NCBI GenBank assembly: GCA_963776275.1
Contig: CAVZMI010000021.1
Span: forward strand, 128,001-192,000
From: Ignavibacteriota bacterium
Lineage (GTDB): Bacteria; Bacteroidota; Ignavibacteria; UBA10030; CAVZMI01
Reading direction: 5' to 3'
DNA: 64,000 bases
Each line of letters starts with the position of its first letter. The stretch's first letter is position 1. Made by a program: the position numbers and the translations under genes. Under the pieces are notes generated by a model. The model was not told the origin of the DNA, ran no database searches, and saw only the letters and a list, made by a program, of their open reading frames with translations. Below are positions 31,549-42,346 of the stretch, piece after piece.

Positions 31549-32475
31549 TCAGCGTAAGAACGATAGTAATTTTTTACCACAAAGAGAAAGACCAATTCGA
31601 TAGCGAAGCGATCGACGTAATAATACACGGAATATTGTGCTGTGAGAAGAAATCATGTCGGCATATTTTAATTCGCTCTCGAGTGTTAATGCGGCTACCG
31701 ATCTATAATTATAAAAAACATTAATCGACTTCGAATGATTATGAGTGATCTGGTTTTTTGCGTCATAATAAACACGATATCCGGCTTGACGAAATTTGTA
31801 AGCGATCATTAACTCTTCACCGAAAAGAAATGTAGTTTCATCTAAATCCCCGACATTTGCTAATTTATCAATATCAAATACCCAAAACGACCCGTTGACA
31901 GTATATGCAAAGTGCGATTTCTTTGATCGGAAATAGAGCACTAATTCTTTAATATAATAACTTAGTGGCGAGAACAAATTGAAAAACAGATACACCCGGG
32001 GAGAGAATCCTATTAACGGAGATTGGATCCGACCTTCATCGCTGACAATGCGAGGACCATATATTGAAACTGATGGATACTTGATGAATATTTTATAACA
32101 ATCCTCCAACAAATGAATGAATTGGTGAAATCCAAAAAGTACATCATTATTTGTAACAACGGCATATTTTATCCCTGGATACTTCTGTCGAACGAATCCG
32201 AGTCCAACGTTGATGCCATATGCATATCCGCCATTTTTTTTACTCCTGATGACTTTAATATGATCATACCGTTCTGTAAACGAACTCAGTTCATCGAAAG
32301 AGTCATTCGGTGAATCATTATCTACGATGACTATAATAATTCTTTTATCTTCAATGAGATTATTTATTTTTAGGTATCCAATTGTATTTTCCCAGGAAAA
32401 GTAATTAACTATTACAATACAAAATTTATCGCAAAACTCATGAGAGGAATTGATATCTTGTGTTTGTATTTCCAT
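31549..32475 (-). CDS. GT2 family glycosyltransferase
   Basis: IVIVNY, IVDNDSPNDS, NGGYAYGIN, NNDV, FLFGEE. Confidence 0.88.
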   Translation of the reverse strand: MEIQTQDINSSHEFCDKFCIVIVNYFSWENTIGYLKINNLIEDKRIIIVIVDNDSPNDSFDELSSFTERYDHIKVIRSKKNGGYAYGINVGLGFVRQKYPGIKYAVVTNNDVLFGFHQFIHLLEDCYKIFIKYPSVSIYGPRIVSDEGRIQSPLIGFSPRVYLFFNLFSPLSYYIKELVLYFRSKKSHFAYTVNGSFWVFDIDKLANVGDLDETTFLFGEELMIAYKFRQAGYRVYYDAKNQITHNHSKSINVFYNYRSVAALTLESELKYADMISSHSTIFRVLLRRSLRYRIGLSLCGKKLLSFLR

Positions 32476-32495
32476 TTTTATTCAGATTTAATTCG

Positions 32496-33323
32496 TTATC
32501 TTTTCTCTGCAATGATGATGTCTTGAAAGCTAAGGTATTTCTTTCTTCCACACCAGGAACCGTACTGTATCGGCTCAATAATCCGCATTTCACTTTTTTT
32601 ATAAAAGTTTTTTACAAAATCTTGGTCATACAACACTGCAGATTCAGGTTTTTTTCGGATATTGTCCAATAGCCTTTCCCTGTATGACTGAAGTCGAGCC
32701 TACTTAGTTTCTGCTCTATTAGCTCCCGAGACTCATCGTTTCTTAGAAAAAATGTGATAAGCGTCTTCCCTTTATTCTTAAGCACCCGCGTGACTTCCGA
32801 GAAGTAGTTTTCCATATCAGGCGGGAGCATATGGGTAAAAACAGAAGTCAGGAATACGAAGTCGAAAGATTCATTTGGAAACGGAAATCGATATTCCGAT
32901 GCATGACAGCTCCCGGCGGGATTATACCATTTGTTATAGACGTTCAGCATGCTGAAAATGGAAGTTGGTATATCGCCTGGATATCATTTTATTGCACCAT
33001 TCTATACTGCGGGGGATGATATCAAATCCCTCGTAATTACCGACGGTCAATAAATTTGTAAGTGGAACGGCTATTCTACCAATTCCGCATCCGACTTCGA
33101 GTACACGATGGTTTGGTTTTAATCCACCAAGTTCAACAAAATATTTAAAGAACCCATCTCCCGTTTTTTTGAAATCTCCGTCGCCGACAGGCATAAGCCT
33201 TCGCGGAGGTGTGAGTGCGTTACGTCTCCCTAATAATGCGTCCGTGATATCTTGGGGGAGATAATAAAGAGCCTTTAAAGTTGTTTTAGACTGACGCTTG
33301 ATTATCTCTACGTTAACAGTCAC
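32496..33323 (-). CDS. Class I SAM-dependent methyltransferase, broken by about three 1-nt indels
   Basis: VLEVGCGIGR...HA(D)VYNKWYNP...FLTSVFTHM...; reading across shifts at about 32943, 32650 and 32540 gives a continuous C-terminus ...PESAVLY...YGSWCGRR(K)YLSFQDIIIAEKR*. Confidence 0.8.
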
Positions 33324-33399
33324 GATGACCTCCGTTTGAATATTGCATTCTCTCGATCCTTTTTTGAAAGTAGATGACTTTGTACTATATCATTACAAA

Positions 33400-33610
33400 T
33401 AGATATGTGAAAAATGGATATGCATTCCAACCATTGGATCCGGTCGCAATAAGCACAATTCTAGTGAACTCATTTCTCAATAATGGCATGCTAGTATCAA
33501 CAGTATGATTGTCAACAATGATGATTATATATTTCGGACAGTTTATTTTTAAAAAAAGGCCTTTGCAGAAATTGATCTATTACCCATCTAATTAAATAAT
33601 AGTGAATCCA
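33400..33610 (-). pseudogene. Decayed 5' fragment of a GT2 glycosyltransferase
   Basis: Manual translation LFLKINCPKYIIIIVDNHTVDTSMPLLRNEFTRIVLIATGSN aligns by eye with ITYPSYKILLVDNCSTDDSYDNLCRAFHDIEIITT of the GT2 at 35894-36805; no intact start or continuation. Confidence 0.6.
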
Positions 33611-33612
33611 CA

Positions 33613-34587
33613 CTACCGTCCCCCTTTTTTCCGCAATAAAAAGATTGCTTGGTCCCCCAATTTTTTCTCGTTTAACTCCTTTGCAGTATTTTGATAGTGC
33701 TTTATCTGTTCCTTTTTAAAAATACTATTTCTTCTATTACAATAGAACGATTGAGGTGAATGGAGTGGAATGTTATGCATATTCTGTTCGCTCCCCCAAA
33801 ACTGTAAATCCGATGAATCAAAAATGGTCTCTGAAATATTAAAAGATGTCTGTTCCGCCAGAAGCGAAAAACTCTTGAGTGAATGAAGATAAAAATGCCG
33901 GGGCGCATCAAATTGTATCCACCGAACTCCGTAGTTTTGCCAAGCCCACGACGAGACAATTGGAATTCTAATCATACACACTCCATCATTATCCAACAAA
34001 TCAAATACTTTCTTCAGTGTTTCCTTTTGTTCTTTAATATGTTCAAATGAATGATGAAACATTATGAGGTCCCACTTTCCCTGCACCTCAAAGATATAAC
34101 TCTTCTGTATAGTGAGCCCGTTGCGATATTCTATAGTATTATCAATATAAGGATCAACACCTGTTGTATAATTAAACCCCAATTCTCTTAGTTTGAAGAG
34201 TAAATTGCCACTACCGCAACCGACATCCAGAATCCGCATTGTTTTTGCCGGATTCACAGTCCGTAAGGAATATAATGCTTCCTGTGGATGGTTTTTATAA
34301 AGAAATTTTCCGACTAGTGATTTGCCAAAAACAGCGTAGGAATCTCGTTTCTTACTTAAATATAGACGAATAATATTGTTCGTATCGCTTGATGTGAATC
34401 CTGAATAATCTTTCGGATAATACTTTCTCATATCCTTTGGAATTTCAACAATCTGCACACAGTCACATTCAGAACATTCACAATACTCGAATTTCTCTTT
34501 TAAGCCATAGAGACGTTCCTCTGCAATATGGATTTTGTTCCGAGAGGAATTACCGCAAATGGTACAGGTCATTCTGATTTCCGACAT
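33613..34587 (-). CDS. Class I SAM-dependent methyltransferase with N-terminal CxxC pairs
   Basis: CTICG...CSEC, ILDVGCGSG, HSFEH, DAPRHF. Confidence 0.9.
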   Translation of the reverse strand: MSEIRMTCTICGNSSRNKIHIAEERLYGLKEKFEYCECSECDCVQIVEIPKDMRKYYPKDYSGFTSSDTNNIIRLYLSKKRDSYAVFGKSLVGKFLYKNHPQEALYSLRTVNPAKTMRILDVGCGSGNLLFKLRELGFNYTTGVDPYIDNTIEYRNGLTIQKSYIFEVQGKWDLIMFHHSFEHIKEQKETLKKVFDLLDNDGVCMIRIPIVSSWAWQNYGVRWIQFDAPRHFYLHSLKSFSLLAEQTSFNISETIFDSSDLQFWGSEQNMHNIPLHSPQSFYCNRRNSIFKKEQIKHYQNTAKELNEKKLGDQAIFLLRKKGGR

Positions 34588-34604
34588 AGCGTGATGAGAT
34601 ACAA

Positions 34605-35897
34605 TTATGTGATATAACTATGTATATTCAATGATTTTGGTGGTGGTTGAATAGCAGTACGATCTATCGAAATATACCGTTGAATTACAATGATAAACAC
34701 AAAGTTGAACATCATATCGAGTCGTGTCAACGGGTCGGAGATGATCGAAACAACCAAAATAGAAAATACGACGCAGTACATTGAAAGAGCGACGAGTGTC
34801 GGATTTCGATGGAGTGCGTAGAATATTTCTGAAAATATTAGTCCTAATATGAATGGTATGAACGCTAATCCCAGAAGTCCATAATCGTAATAGTAAGCCC
34901 AAAAGAATGGGAATGTATTATATCCGGAAATGTAATGTGGAAATTTCGTTACGTTAAGATATTCAGCAAGTGTATGTTTGACTCCGGTGAGGGCCGCAAT
35001 AAAATCAAAGGTGAATAAGCCGTAAGTATGATCGATAATTTTGGGTGCCGCATAAACAAAATTTTCAAGATTCATGACGATATACATGTATGGCTCTGTG
35101 AATACTGCGTATCGCACAGGATACTTCATTTGCGATACTGAATAGATATAGTATTCGGCGATATTTGCCAATCGTACGCTCTGAATTGTGACAACAAATG
35201 CCATAACGATGCCAGCCGCAAGAACAAATGTCCGCAACCGTATTCTTCTTTTCGCATAATATATCATACAAAGGATCATCATACTCAGCATGAACATGTT
35301 ATACCGTTGTAACAGAGTAAGAAAACTTGCCGATGCAATGATAAACACTACTGCTAATAATGCCTTCCGGGATTTATTTCCTCTGATAAATATGAAATAC
35401 TCTGCAATAAGAAATAGAATTACGTTAATTCCGTTGACGATCAAATGCACTCCAAATACACCAAATTCCACTCTCGCTCTTTCAGGTCTCGCGGTAAATA
35501 ATGGGAGATATCCCACGATAAGATATTCTACAAAGAAGCAAATACTGTACACGATAAAATACACTATGATGATCCGAAATAGTTTTCTTTCATTGATCTC
35601 CAATTTCGAAAATATCTCCCTGATTACAGAAGGGCAGATAGATATTTTTGAATAATTCATCACAAAGGAAAAATAATTACCGAGTAAGAATGAAATGACC
35701 CCGAGCAACAGAATGAACCATCCCCACGAGTTCCATTCAATCTGCAACCGGCTGAACTTGAATCCGACAAGGAAAAATGCCAGTGACCATATGATCCCGA
35801 AGACTCGTGAAGGTGAAAAAAGATCTGCGCCCTTCCGGAGTCCGCTAAAAATCCAAATCAACAATGCGATAAGCGGTATGAGAGTACTAATGGTCAT
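34605..35897 (-). CDS. wzy: O-antigen/oligosaccharide repeat-unit polymerase
   Basis: Multi-TM, YNTF....YYYDYGLLG motif, located in a wzx/wzz locus. Confidence 0.75.
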   Translation of the reverse strand: MTISTLIPLIALLIWIFSGLRKGADLFSPSRVFGIIWSLAFFLVGFKFSRLQIEWNSWGWFILLLGVISFLLGNYFSFVMNYSKISICPSVIREIFSKLEINERKLFRIIIVYFIVYSICFFVEYLIVGYLPLFTARPERARVEFGVFGVHLIVNGINVILFLIAEYFIFIRGNKSRKALLAVVFIIASASFLTLLQRYNMFMLSMMILCMIYYAKRRIRLRTFVLAAGIVMAFVVTIQSVRLANIAEYYIYSVSQMKYPVRYAVFTEPYMYIVMNLENFVYAAPKIIDHTYGLFTFDFIAALTGVKHTLAEYLNVTKFPHYISGYNTFPFFWAYYYDYGLLGLAFIPFILGLIFSEIFYALHRNPTLVALSMYCVVFSILVVSIISDPLTRLDMMFNFVFIIVIQRYISIDRTAIQPPPKSLNIHSYIT

Positions 35898-36805
35898 GGC
35901 GTCGAATAGAATTTTTGACCGTTCCCCATGTAGAAGTTATTTTTTCTATAGTCGATCACTCCGGTTCTGGCAGCTTCATAGAAACTTTTCCTTGTTAATC
36001 TCCAAAGTATTAACTTTACGGAGAGAACACCGATAAAATATAGACGTGCGATAATTCGATTATATCCGCTGCATACTGTGTTAATTAGAAGGAGCCTGTT
36101 TCGGATAGAATAATATGCCTTGAAAGCGCTTTCTTTTTCCCCCAACACTTTATGATAAATTATGGAGTCCGACACATACAGGAGGGAATATCCGTTCTGA
36201 ATGATTCGCTGAGAATATTCGATATCATCGAGGTACATGAAATATCTTTCATCAAGAAAACCGATCTTCTCTATATTGGAGACTCTGAGGAGTACCATGC
36301 ATCCTGTAATAAAAGTCACCGGCTGCGTACTCTGCCGATACACGTATTTTCTGTTCTTATCCACATGAACCGCCAAACCTCTCCATGGAATCATCTTCCC
36401 CGATGCATACCAAATGCTGCGTCTATCATGCTCACATAGTATTGTACCGCACGATGCAGCTGCAGCATTGTCGCGCTCCATTGCGTCAACGAGTTTATCG
36501 AGAAAATCGGGTTCAACGAGCGTATCATTGTTCAATATCAGGATATATTCATAGTGACTCTTTAAAAGATGTCGTATACCATAATTTATTCCACCCGTAT
36601 ATCCTACATTACGAGTCGTCGTAATAATTTCAATATCGTGAAAGGCCCTGCACAAGTTGTCATAGGAATCATCCGTCGAACAATTGTCGACTAGTAGAAT
36701 TTTATAGCTGGGATACGTTATCGAGTGAAGAGAGTGAATGCATTCTATGGTATCCTTAAACCGGTTGTAATTCAATAGAATGATCCCTACCGAAGGCCTA
36801 TTCAT
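35894..36805 (-). CDS. GT2 family glycosyltransferase
   Basis: ILLNYN, VDNCSTDDS, LNNDT, FMYLDD. Confidence 0.92.
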   Translation of the reverse strand: MNRPSVGIILLNYNRFKDTIECIHSLHSITYPSYKILLVDNCSTDDSYDNLCRAFHDIEIITTTRNVGYTGGINYGIRHLLKSHYEYILILNNDTLVEPDFLDKLVDAMERDNAAAASCGTILCEHDRRSIWYASGKMIPWRGLAVHVDKNRKYVYRQSTQPVTFITGCMVLLRVSNIEKIGFLDERYFMYLDDIEYSQRIIQNGYSLLYVSDSIIYHKVLGEKESAFKAYYSIRNRLLLINTVCSGYNRIIARLYFIGVLSVKLILWRLTRKSFYEAARTGVIDYRKNNFYMGNGQKFYSTP

Positions 36806-38258
36806 CGCTCATCCCTACAATTTGAACTATCATTTTCCGCTCGCTACCGTCCACCAAACCGAAAATACCATAGAGAACAAATACGACGCACATAATGATA
36901 AAAAGGAATACCGATACCGGCGGGTTGCTCCGTAACGATGTAAAACCAAATATAAAAACAACGGAGAGAAGAAGAGGAAAAACTATTGTCGTTTTCGCAA
37001 CCCACTTCGTACTGCGAGAATAGTAAAGATATGCTCCCAACGCCAATATGTTGCTTATGCATGATGTAACGATCGCCCCCGTTACACCGTATCCCGGAAT
37101 CAATACACAATTCAGGGAGATATTCAGTATCGATACGACAACAACAATTTTGGTACGGATCGATTGTTTCCCTACAATGGTGAGAATCATGGCGATGGGG
37201 GCGGCAGAATACCGAACGATAAAGATCACTGATGAAACCTTCAGAACATTAACGGATAAAGCTAAAAGTTCGGGATTACTGAAAAAATTCTTCCCCCCAT
37301 AGAGAAACATGAGGATGTCTTCCGAAAACGAATACACGAGGACGAAGATCGGAATACTGAGGTAAAACATATATCGAAATGTAATTTTAACAATATGTTC
37401 CCAGATATCTTTTCCTTCATGGTATATCCGGATAACCGTCGGAAACAACGTACTGATGATTAAATCCGGAATCATAAATATTGTTATACTCAATCGAAAA
37501 ACCGATTGATAAATTCCTGCCTGAGTCTCCCCTAGGAAAGCCAATAATAAGATCGTATCGATCTGAAAGTATAAGGTCCCGAATAATAAATCTAATCCAA
37601 ATAGGGATACGAGCTTGAAATCCTGAAAAAGATTTCCGGGACGGAGGTTGATCTTTAACGTTCTTAGAGCCGTCAGATGGTTCAACTGAATATATAATAA
37701 TACGAGGTAAATCAATCGCAGGAGAACGACGGCGACCGCGATATAAATGATATTCAATCCTAAGTATGAAATGATTATGGTCGTCAGCAGCAGGGCCATA
37801 TTCGTTCCAAACGATACTTTCGCTTCAATATCAAAACGTTCCAATCCCTTGAAAACCGAGAACGCCTGACTCGCAAATGTGCCGAAAACGATATTGAGTG
37901 TGAAAATGACAAGAATGATTTTCGTCAAGGCGCTCGAGGGTATCAAGACACCGACGATGATGTAAATTAGTACTGCAAGCAACGTCAAACCAATTTTAAT
38001 CGGAAGGAACCTCGAGATTATTTGGATGATCTGATTATTGTGCTTTGCAATCTCCGACGTGATGAGATAGTCAAAACCAAAATCGGCCAGATTCAAAAAT
38101 AGCAGCGACAGAATATACGATGATGTAAAACTCCCGAAAATCTCTGCGCCGTAATACCTGCCGACAATGATGAACAATAATGAATTGGCTACAAACCTGG
38201 AGATCGACGAAACGACCAGGAACGAAAAATTTTTTCGAATGAGCGATCCGAGTTGCAT
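36798..38258 (-). CDS. wzx: Polysaccharide repeat-unit flippase
   Basis: Many TM segments; RYYGAEIFG, DFGF, IDTILL...AGIY. Confidence 0.85.
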   Translation of the reverse strand: MQLGSLIRKNFSFLVVSSISRFVANSLLFIIVGRYYGAEIFGSFTSSYILSLLFLNLADFGFDYLITSEIAKHNNQIIQIISRFLPIKIGLTLLAVLIYIIVGVLIPSSALTKIILVIFTLNIVFGTFASQAFSVFKGLERFDIEAKVSFGTNMALLLTTIIISYLGLNIIYIAVAVVLLRLIYLVLLYIQLNHLTALRTLKINLRPGNLFQDFKLVSLFGLDLLFGTLYFQIDTILLLAFLGETQAGIYQSVFRLSITIFMIPDLIISTLFPTVIRIYHEGKDIWEHIVKITFRYMFYLSIPIFVLVYSFSEDILMFLYGGKNFFSNPELLALSVNVLKVSSVIFIVRYSAAPIAMILTIVGKQSIRTKIVVVVSILNISLNCVLIPGYGVTGAIVTSCISNILALGAYLYYSRSTKWVAKTTIVFPLLLSVVFIFGFTSLRSNPPVSVFLFIIMCVVFVLYGIFGLVDGSERKMIVQIVGMSDE

Positions 38259-38277
38259 TGAAAAAATAGCCGGTTAA

Positions 38278-39495
38278 TTACTTGCGTTTCAGACGGAGCG
38301 AGTTAAAAATGTATTGGTACTTCTCGGGATGCATCACCTTTAATTTTGTAAAAAGTTCTTTTGTCAAAATAATGAAATACGCGAATCCAAGTGAAAGAAC
38401 AAACGAAACCACCGCATAGATCGTCCCCTTAGGTTTTGCTTTTCTGTCTGCAGGGCCCGCTTTATCCAATACTAACACCGAAGGAGTGTTCCGAACCTCT
38501 TCAATTTTCGCCTGTTCGTACAGGGGTTGAATAAATTCAAGTATTTTATACTGAATTTCAAGATTACGGAATATTTTCAAATACTCATTTCCAAGCACTG
38601 GAGCCGTCTTAAACGGTATGAGTAGCTTGACATCCTTTTGTGATGGATCGGTACCCGAATTAAGCTGATCTATTTTCTTCTGCAACTCGTTCAATTCGAC
38701 CCTGGTATTCGTAGTAACCGGATGATCTATCCCGTATGTCTGCTTTTGAACATTGTATTCAACTTCTTTTTTATAAAGATCTACATAAATGCTTGACATC
38801 GATTTTACTGTGGCCTCAAGTTGTTCCGGAACCGCAATGACCCCATATTTTTCCTGAAACTTCCTCATACCTGTTTCAAGGCTTGTTATATCATCGACAT
38901 TCTGGAAGTAACGTTTTTCTATAAATTCACGGTTTGCTTTCGCGTTGGTAACGCCCAAGGTTGTATTAATTTCGTTCAGCCTATTAACCATATAATTTGC
39001 AATGTCTGCCGCTTTTTGTGGATCCTTGTCGTACACTATTATTGTCAGATTTCCTTCATCCTGAATTTCTAATTCCAAATTCGATTGCCATTCCTTGACT
39101 ACCTTTTCATAATAATCGCTTTCCTTGTCGTACTCTTTTCTCAATTCAAATTTCTTAATTACGTCATCAGTGATAGTTGCACTTTTTAATATTGCGATAT
39201 ATTTATCGGACTCTGAATTACGCCCCGTTAACGCCGCCAAACCTTTACTGGCAGAAAATCCTTTCGCAAGATTCGATATCCCGGAAATTGTCGATAATAA
39301 ATCATTCTTTTCTGCAGGAAGTACAGATGCAGTGGCTTTATACCATTTTGGTGAGAGGAGGGCATACACTGTGACACCAACCGTAATAATTACTACGAAC
39401 AAAAGTAAGAACTTCCTGTACTTTACGGTTATAGTTAAAAACTCAAGGAATGTACTCCCGACTCTTTCTTCGGAGCTTTGATTTTGATCGTTCAT
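38278..39495 (-). CDS. Polysaccharide chain-length determinant (Wzz/GNVR-domain)
   Basis: Two terminal TMs, PKWYKATASVLP, coiled coil, VLDKAGPADRKAKP. Confidence 0.85.
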   Translation of the reverse strand: MNDQNQSSEERVGSTFLEFLTITVKYRKFLLLFVVIITVGVTVYALLSPKWYKATASVLPAEKNDLLSTISGISNLAKGFSASKGLAALTGRNSESDKYIAILKSATITDDVIKKFELRKEYDKESDYYEKVVKEWQSNLELEIQDEGNLTIIVYDKDPQKAADIANYMVNRLNEINTTLGVTNAKANREFIEKRYFQNVDDITSLETGMRKFQEKYGVIAVPEQLEATVKSMSSIYVDLYKKEVEYNVQKQTYGIDHPVTTNTRVELNELQKKIDQLNSGTDPSQKDVKLLIPFKTAPVLGNEYLKIFRNLEIQYKILEFIQPLYEQAKIEEVRNTPSVLVLDKAGPADRKAKPKGTIYAVVSFVLSLGFAYFIILTKELFTKLKVMHPEKYQYIFNSLRLKRK

Positions 39496-39512
39496 CTGTT
39501 CATCCTTAAAAG

Positions 39513-40946
39513 TTATTTCTGGAATTGAATAAATAATAGAATTACGGTCGCTATACTGCCGGCTATTCCAAGAACGTCCCCTATTCTTCTAATATATGTC
39601 CACGTTTTCACAGGAATATTTTTATGAACATAAATATAATCGCCTGGTTCTATTTTTATGTTCCTTTTATCTTTTGTCACCCAGTTCATTTCTTTCCCTT
39701 TTATAATCACTATGTCGTCTTCACCGTCGCGCGCCGTCTCCGCAAGACCCCCGGTTTTTTCTATGTAATAAGTATAATCTTTTTCCGGAACATACTTTAT
39801 ATACCCTACCTTTGCAACCTGACCGAACACGTATACATAATCGAATTTAGCCGGTACTACTATGAGATCACCATCTTGTACATTGAACTTGTTTTCTTCC
39901 GATTCAGGATCGTTCAATTTTGTGAAGTCCACCAAATTCTCAGAACGAAGTATTCGAAGTTCATTATCGACGCTAAAGGAAAGCGAGTCTTCTTCTGAAA
40001 GATTAGCGTGCCGTAACATTTCAAGAACTTTTATTTGGTGTAGTTTTATCCACTGCTCTTCAATATTGGTTGTAAATTGAGATCGCTGCAATATTTCGAT
40101 TGCGTTATAATCTCTGATTATTTCCGCTCGTCTCAGATCGGCATTTACTGTAAAACCGCCGGCTTTACGTATTACTTCGCTGAGAAATGATCCACTTTTA
40201 GCGACATAAATATACCCCTGATACCGAACCTCACCGATTACTCTAACCTTATAATTCTTTCTCTGGTTTTCGTCTGCAAGGATTCTAATTCTATCTCCAC
40301 GTTTTAGCACAATATCGTCCTCAATATTCACGACTATAAGATTTTCCTTGTTTCCTGTGTTATCGAGGCGTGAGATTTCCGCTTTTTCCACATTTTCATA
40401 GGAAGAATTAATCCCTCCTGCAAAAAGAATTGCATCTGAAAGTTTATCACCTTCAACAAACTGAAACTTCGTCGTATTATTCACAGCACCGCTAATTTCA
40501 ACAGTACTTTTTTCGTCATCATAAGCCGGTATAATAATAACATCGTCATTCATTAAATAGGGATTGTATTTGAAATCACCGGTCAAACGAAATTTCAATA
40601 GGTCAACTTTAAATTGATCTCCGTTCGCCCGCTTTAATGTGATATCCCTCAGAGCATATCGATTCATTTCCCTAATAAGTTGATTTCTCGTCGATAATTG
40701 AGTTATCATATTTAACGTTCTGTCCTGCACCTTGGTGAAAAGAGTCGTAATAAAATAATCAAGCCGCTGCATTTTAGACGCCGTGAAGGATCCTGTGATG
40801 ATAAAATCACCTCCTACGGTGACATTAATTGCCTGAACCAATTCTGCTTGAGATCTTCGAAGTGTAGAACTTTCATCCGTTTGGGCCCACATAAAAGCAA
40901 CGGAGAATATACACAACACCAGAAGAATTACACAAAAACGCTTCAT
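39513..40946 (-). CDS. SLBB-domain polysaccharide export protein
   Basis: Signal peptide; repeated VEISGAV..., VIGEV...AGGF and VYVFGQV...GG SLBB modules; C-terminal helix. Confidence 0.85.
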   Translation of the reverse strand: MKRFCVILLVLCIFSVAFMWAQTDESSTLRRSQAELVQAINVTVGGDFIITGSFTASKMQRLDYFITTLFTKVQDRTLNMITQLSTRNQLIREMNRYALRDITLKRANGDQFKVDLLKFRLTGDFKYNPYLMNDDVIIIPAYDDEKSTVEISGAVNNTTKFQFVEGDKLSDAILFAGGINSSYENVEKAEISRLDNTGNKENLIVVNIEDDIVLKRGDRIRILADENQRKNYKVRVIGEVRYQGYIYVAKSGSFLSEVIRKAGGFTVNADLRRAEIIRDYNAIEILQRSQFTTNIEEQWIKLHQIKVLEMLRHANLSEEDSLSFSVDNELRILRSENLVDFTKLNDPESEENKFNVQDGDLIVVPAKFDYVYVFGQVAKVGYIKYVPEKDYTYYIEKTGGLAETARDGEDDIVIIKGKEMNWVTKDKRNIKIEPGDYIYVHKNIPVKTWTYIRRIGDVLGIAGSIATVILLFIQFQK

Positions 40947-41099
40947 AATGATGACCTCATAAATATATTGATTATTAGGAAACAACGATTCTGCATCTCG
41001 AGAGTCCCAGGAGAATGACGTTCAAATCATACAGATGAGTTACAACTGAGACCCGGCATTTTCTCCCGTATATATAATAAAATTGCTATTTTTTTAAAG

Positions 41100-41132
41100 A
41101 CTCCTGCCGCCTTTGGGATCTACCGTGCACAA
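41100..41132 (-). promoter_or_regulatory. JUMPstart/ops-like element in the leader of the polysaccharide operon
   Basis: Minus strand reads ttgtgcacggtagatcccaaaggcggcaggagt, about 155 nt before the first gene. Confidence 0.35.
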
Positions 41133-41332
41133 CGGTACCGAAAAACCTCATCGCCCATCTCCTAAGACCACAATTTTCTCCCTGCCGCGACGAACAATCT
41201 TTGCTGCGTTGCGTGTATCAATAATACGATTCGCATTACGTACGATCATGGGATAATTATAGCACGAATGATAAGCCATAATAATAAAAATGCCAGAATA
41301 TGCCGAAGAGCGCTTTATTGATTCATGGGAGT

Positions 41333-42346
41333 TTAACGTTCTTCGTATTGTCGTTTATAATAATTTCGATATTCACCGCTGATAATTCGTTCCCACCATT
41401 TTCGATTGGCAATGTACCAATCCACAGTCTCGGCGATCCCCTTATCAAAAGTGAACGACGGTTCCCACCCCAACTCCGATTTAATCTTCGAAGCATCAAT
41501 TGCATAGCGGCGATCATGTCCCGCCCGATCCTTCACGTAATTTATAAGAGATTCCGGCTTTCCGAGATGGCGGAGTATGGTTCGTACAATTTCTATGTTC
41601 GTCTTTTCATTATTCCCGCCGATATTATATTTTTCTCCACGTTTTCCTTTATGAAGCACACAATCAAGTGCAATACAATGATCTTTCACATGGAGCCAAT
41701 CGCGAACATTCAGCCCATCTCCATATACCGGAAGCGGTCTGTCGTTGAGAGCGTTCGCGATCATTAGAGGAATAAGTTTTTCTGGAAACTGGTATGGGCC
41801 ATAATTATTGGAGCAATTTGTGATGATAACCGGCATTCCGAAAGTATGAAAATACGCGCCAACGATCTGATCCGCAGCCGCTTTGCTCGCCGAATACGGA
41901 CTGTTAGGGTGGTACGGGGTCTTTTCAGTAAATTTATCTGTGGAGCCGAGCGATCCATAGACTTCGTCGGTTGAAACATGGAGGAATTTTTCTATATCGG
42001 TTGCACGTGATACTTCAAGCAAAATATTTGTTCCCACAACATTGGTCTGAACGAATTGCAGCGGTCCCATAATGCTCCGATCAACATGCGACTCAGCTGC
42101 AAGGTGCACCACGGTATCAATAGCATATTTTTTAAATACACTTTCGACTTCATCCCTCGAACAAATATCACCCTTTATGAAACGATAACCGGCGTGATGC
42201 TCGACAGATTGAAGGTTCTCTAAATTACCGGCATACGTCAGCTTGTCGAAGTTTATTATTATGTAATCGGGATGGGCACGCAGCATATGATGAACGAAGT
42301 TACTACCAATAAATCCGGCGCCGCCCGTTACGAGGATGTTTTTCAT
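41333..42346 (-). CDS. rfbB: dTDP-glucose 4,6-dehydratase
   Basis: TGGAGFIGSNF, DKLTYAGN, AAESHVDRSI, STDEVYG, PYSASKA, GHDRRYA. Confidence 0.98.
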   Translation of the reverse strand: MKNILVTGGAGFIGSNFVHHMLRAHPDYIIINFDKLTYAGNLENLQSVEHHAGYRFIKGDICSRDEVESVFKKYAIDTVVHLAAESHVDRSIMGPLQFVQTNVVGTNILLEVSRATDIEKFLHVSTDEVYGSLGSTDKFTEKTPYHPNSPYSASKAAADQIVGAYFHTFGMPVIITNCSNNYGPYQFPEKLIPLMIANALNDRPLPVYGDGLNVRDWLHVKDHCIALDCVLHKGKRGEKYNIGGNNEKTNIEIVRTILRHLGKPESLINYVKDRAGHDRRYAIDASKIKSELGWEPSFTFDKGIAETVDWYIANRKWWERIISGEYRNYYKRQYEER

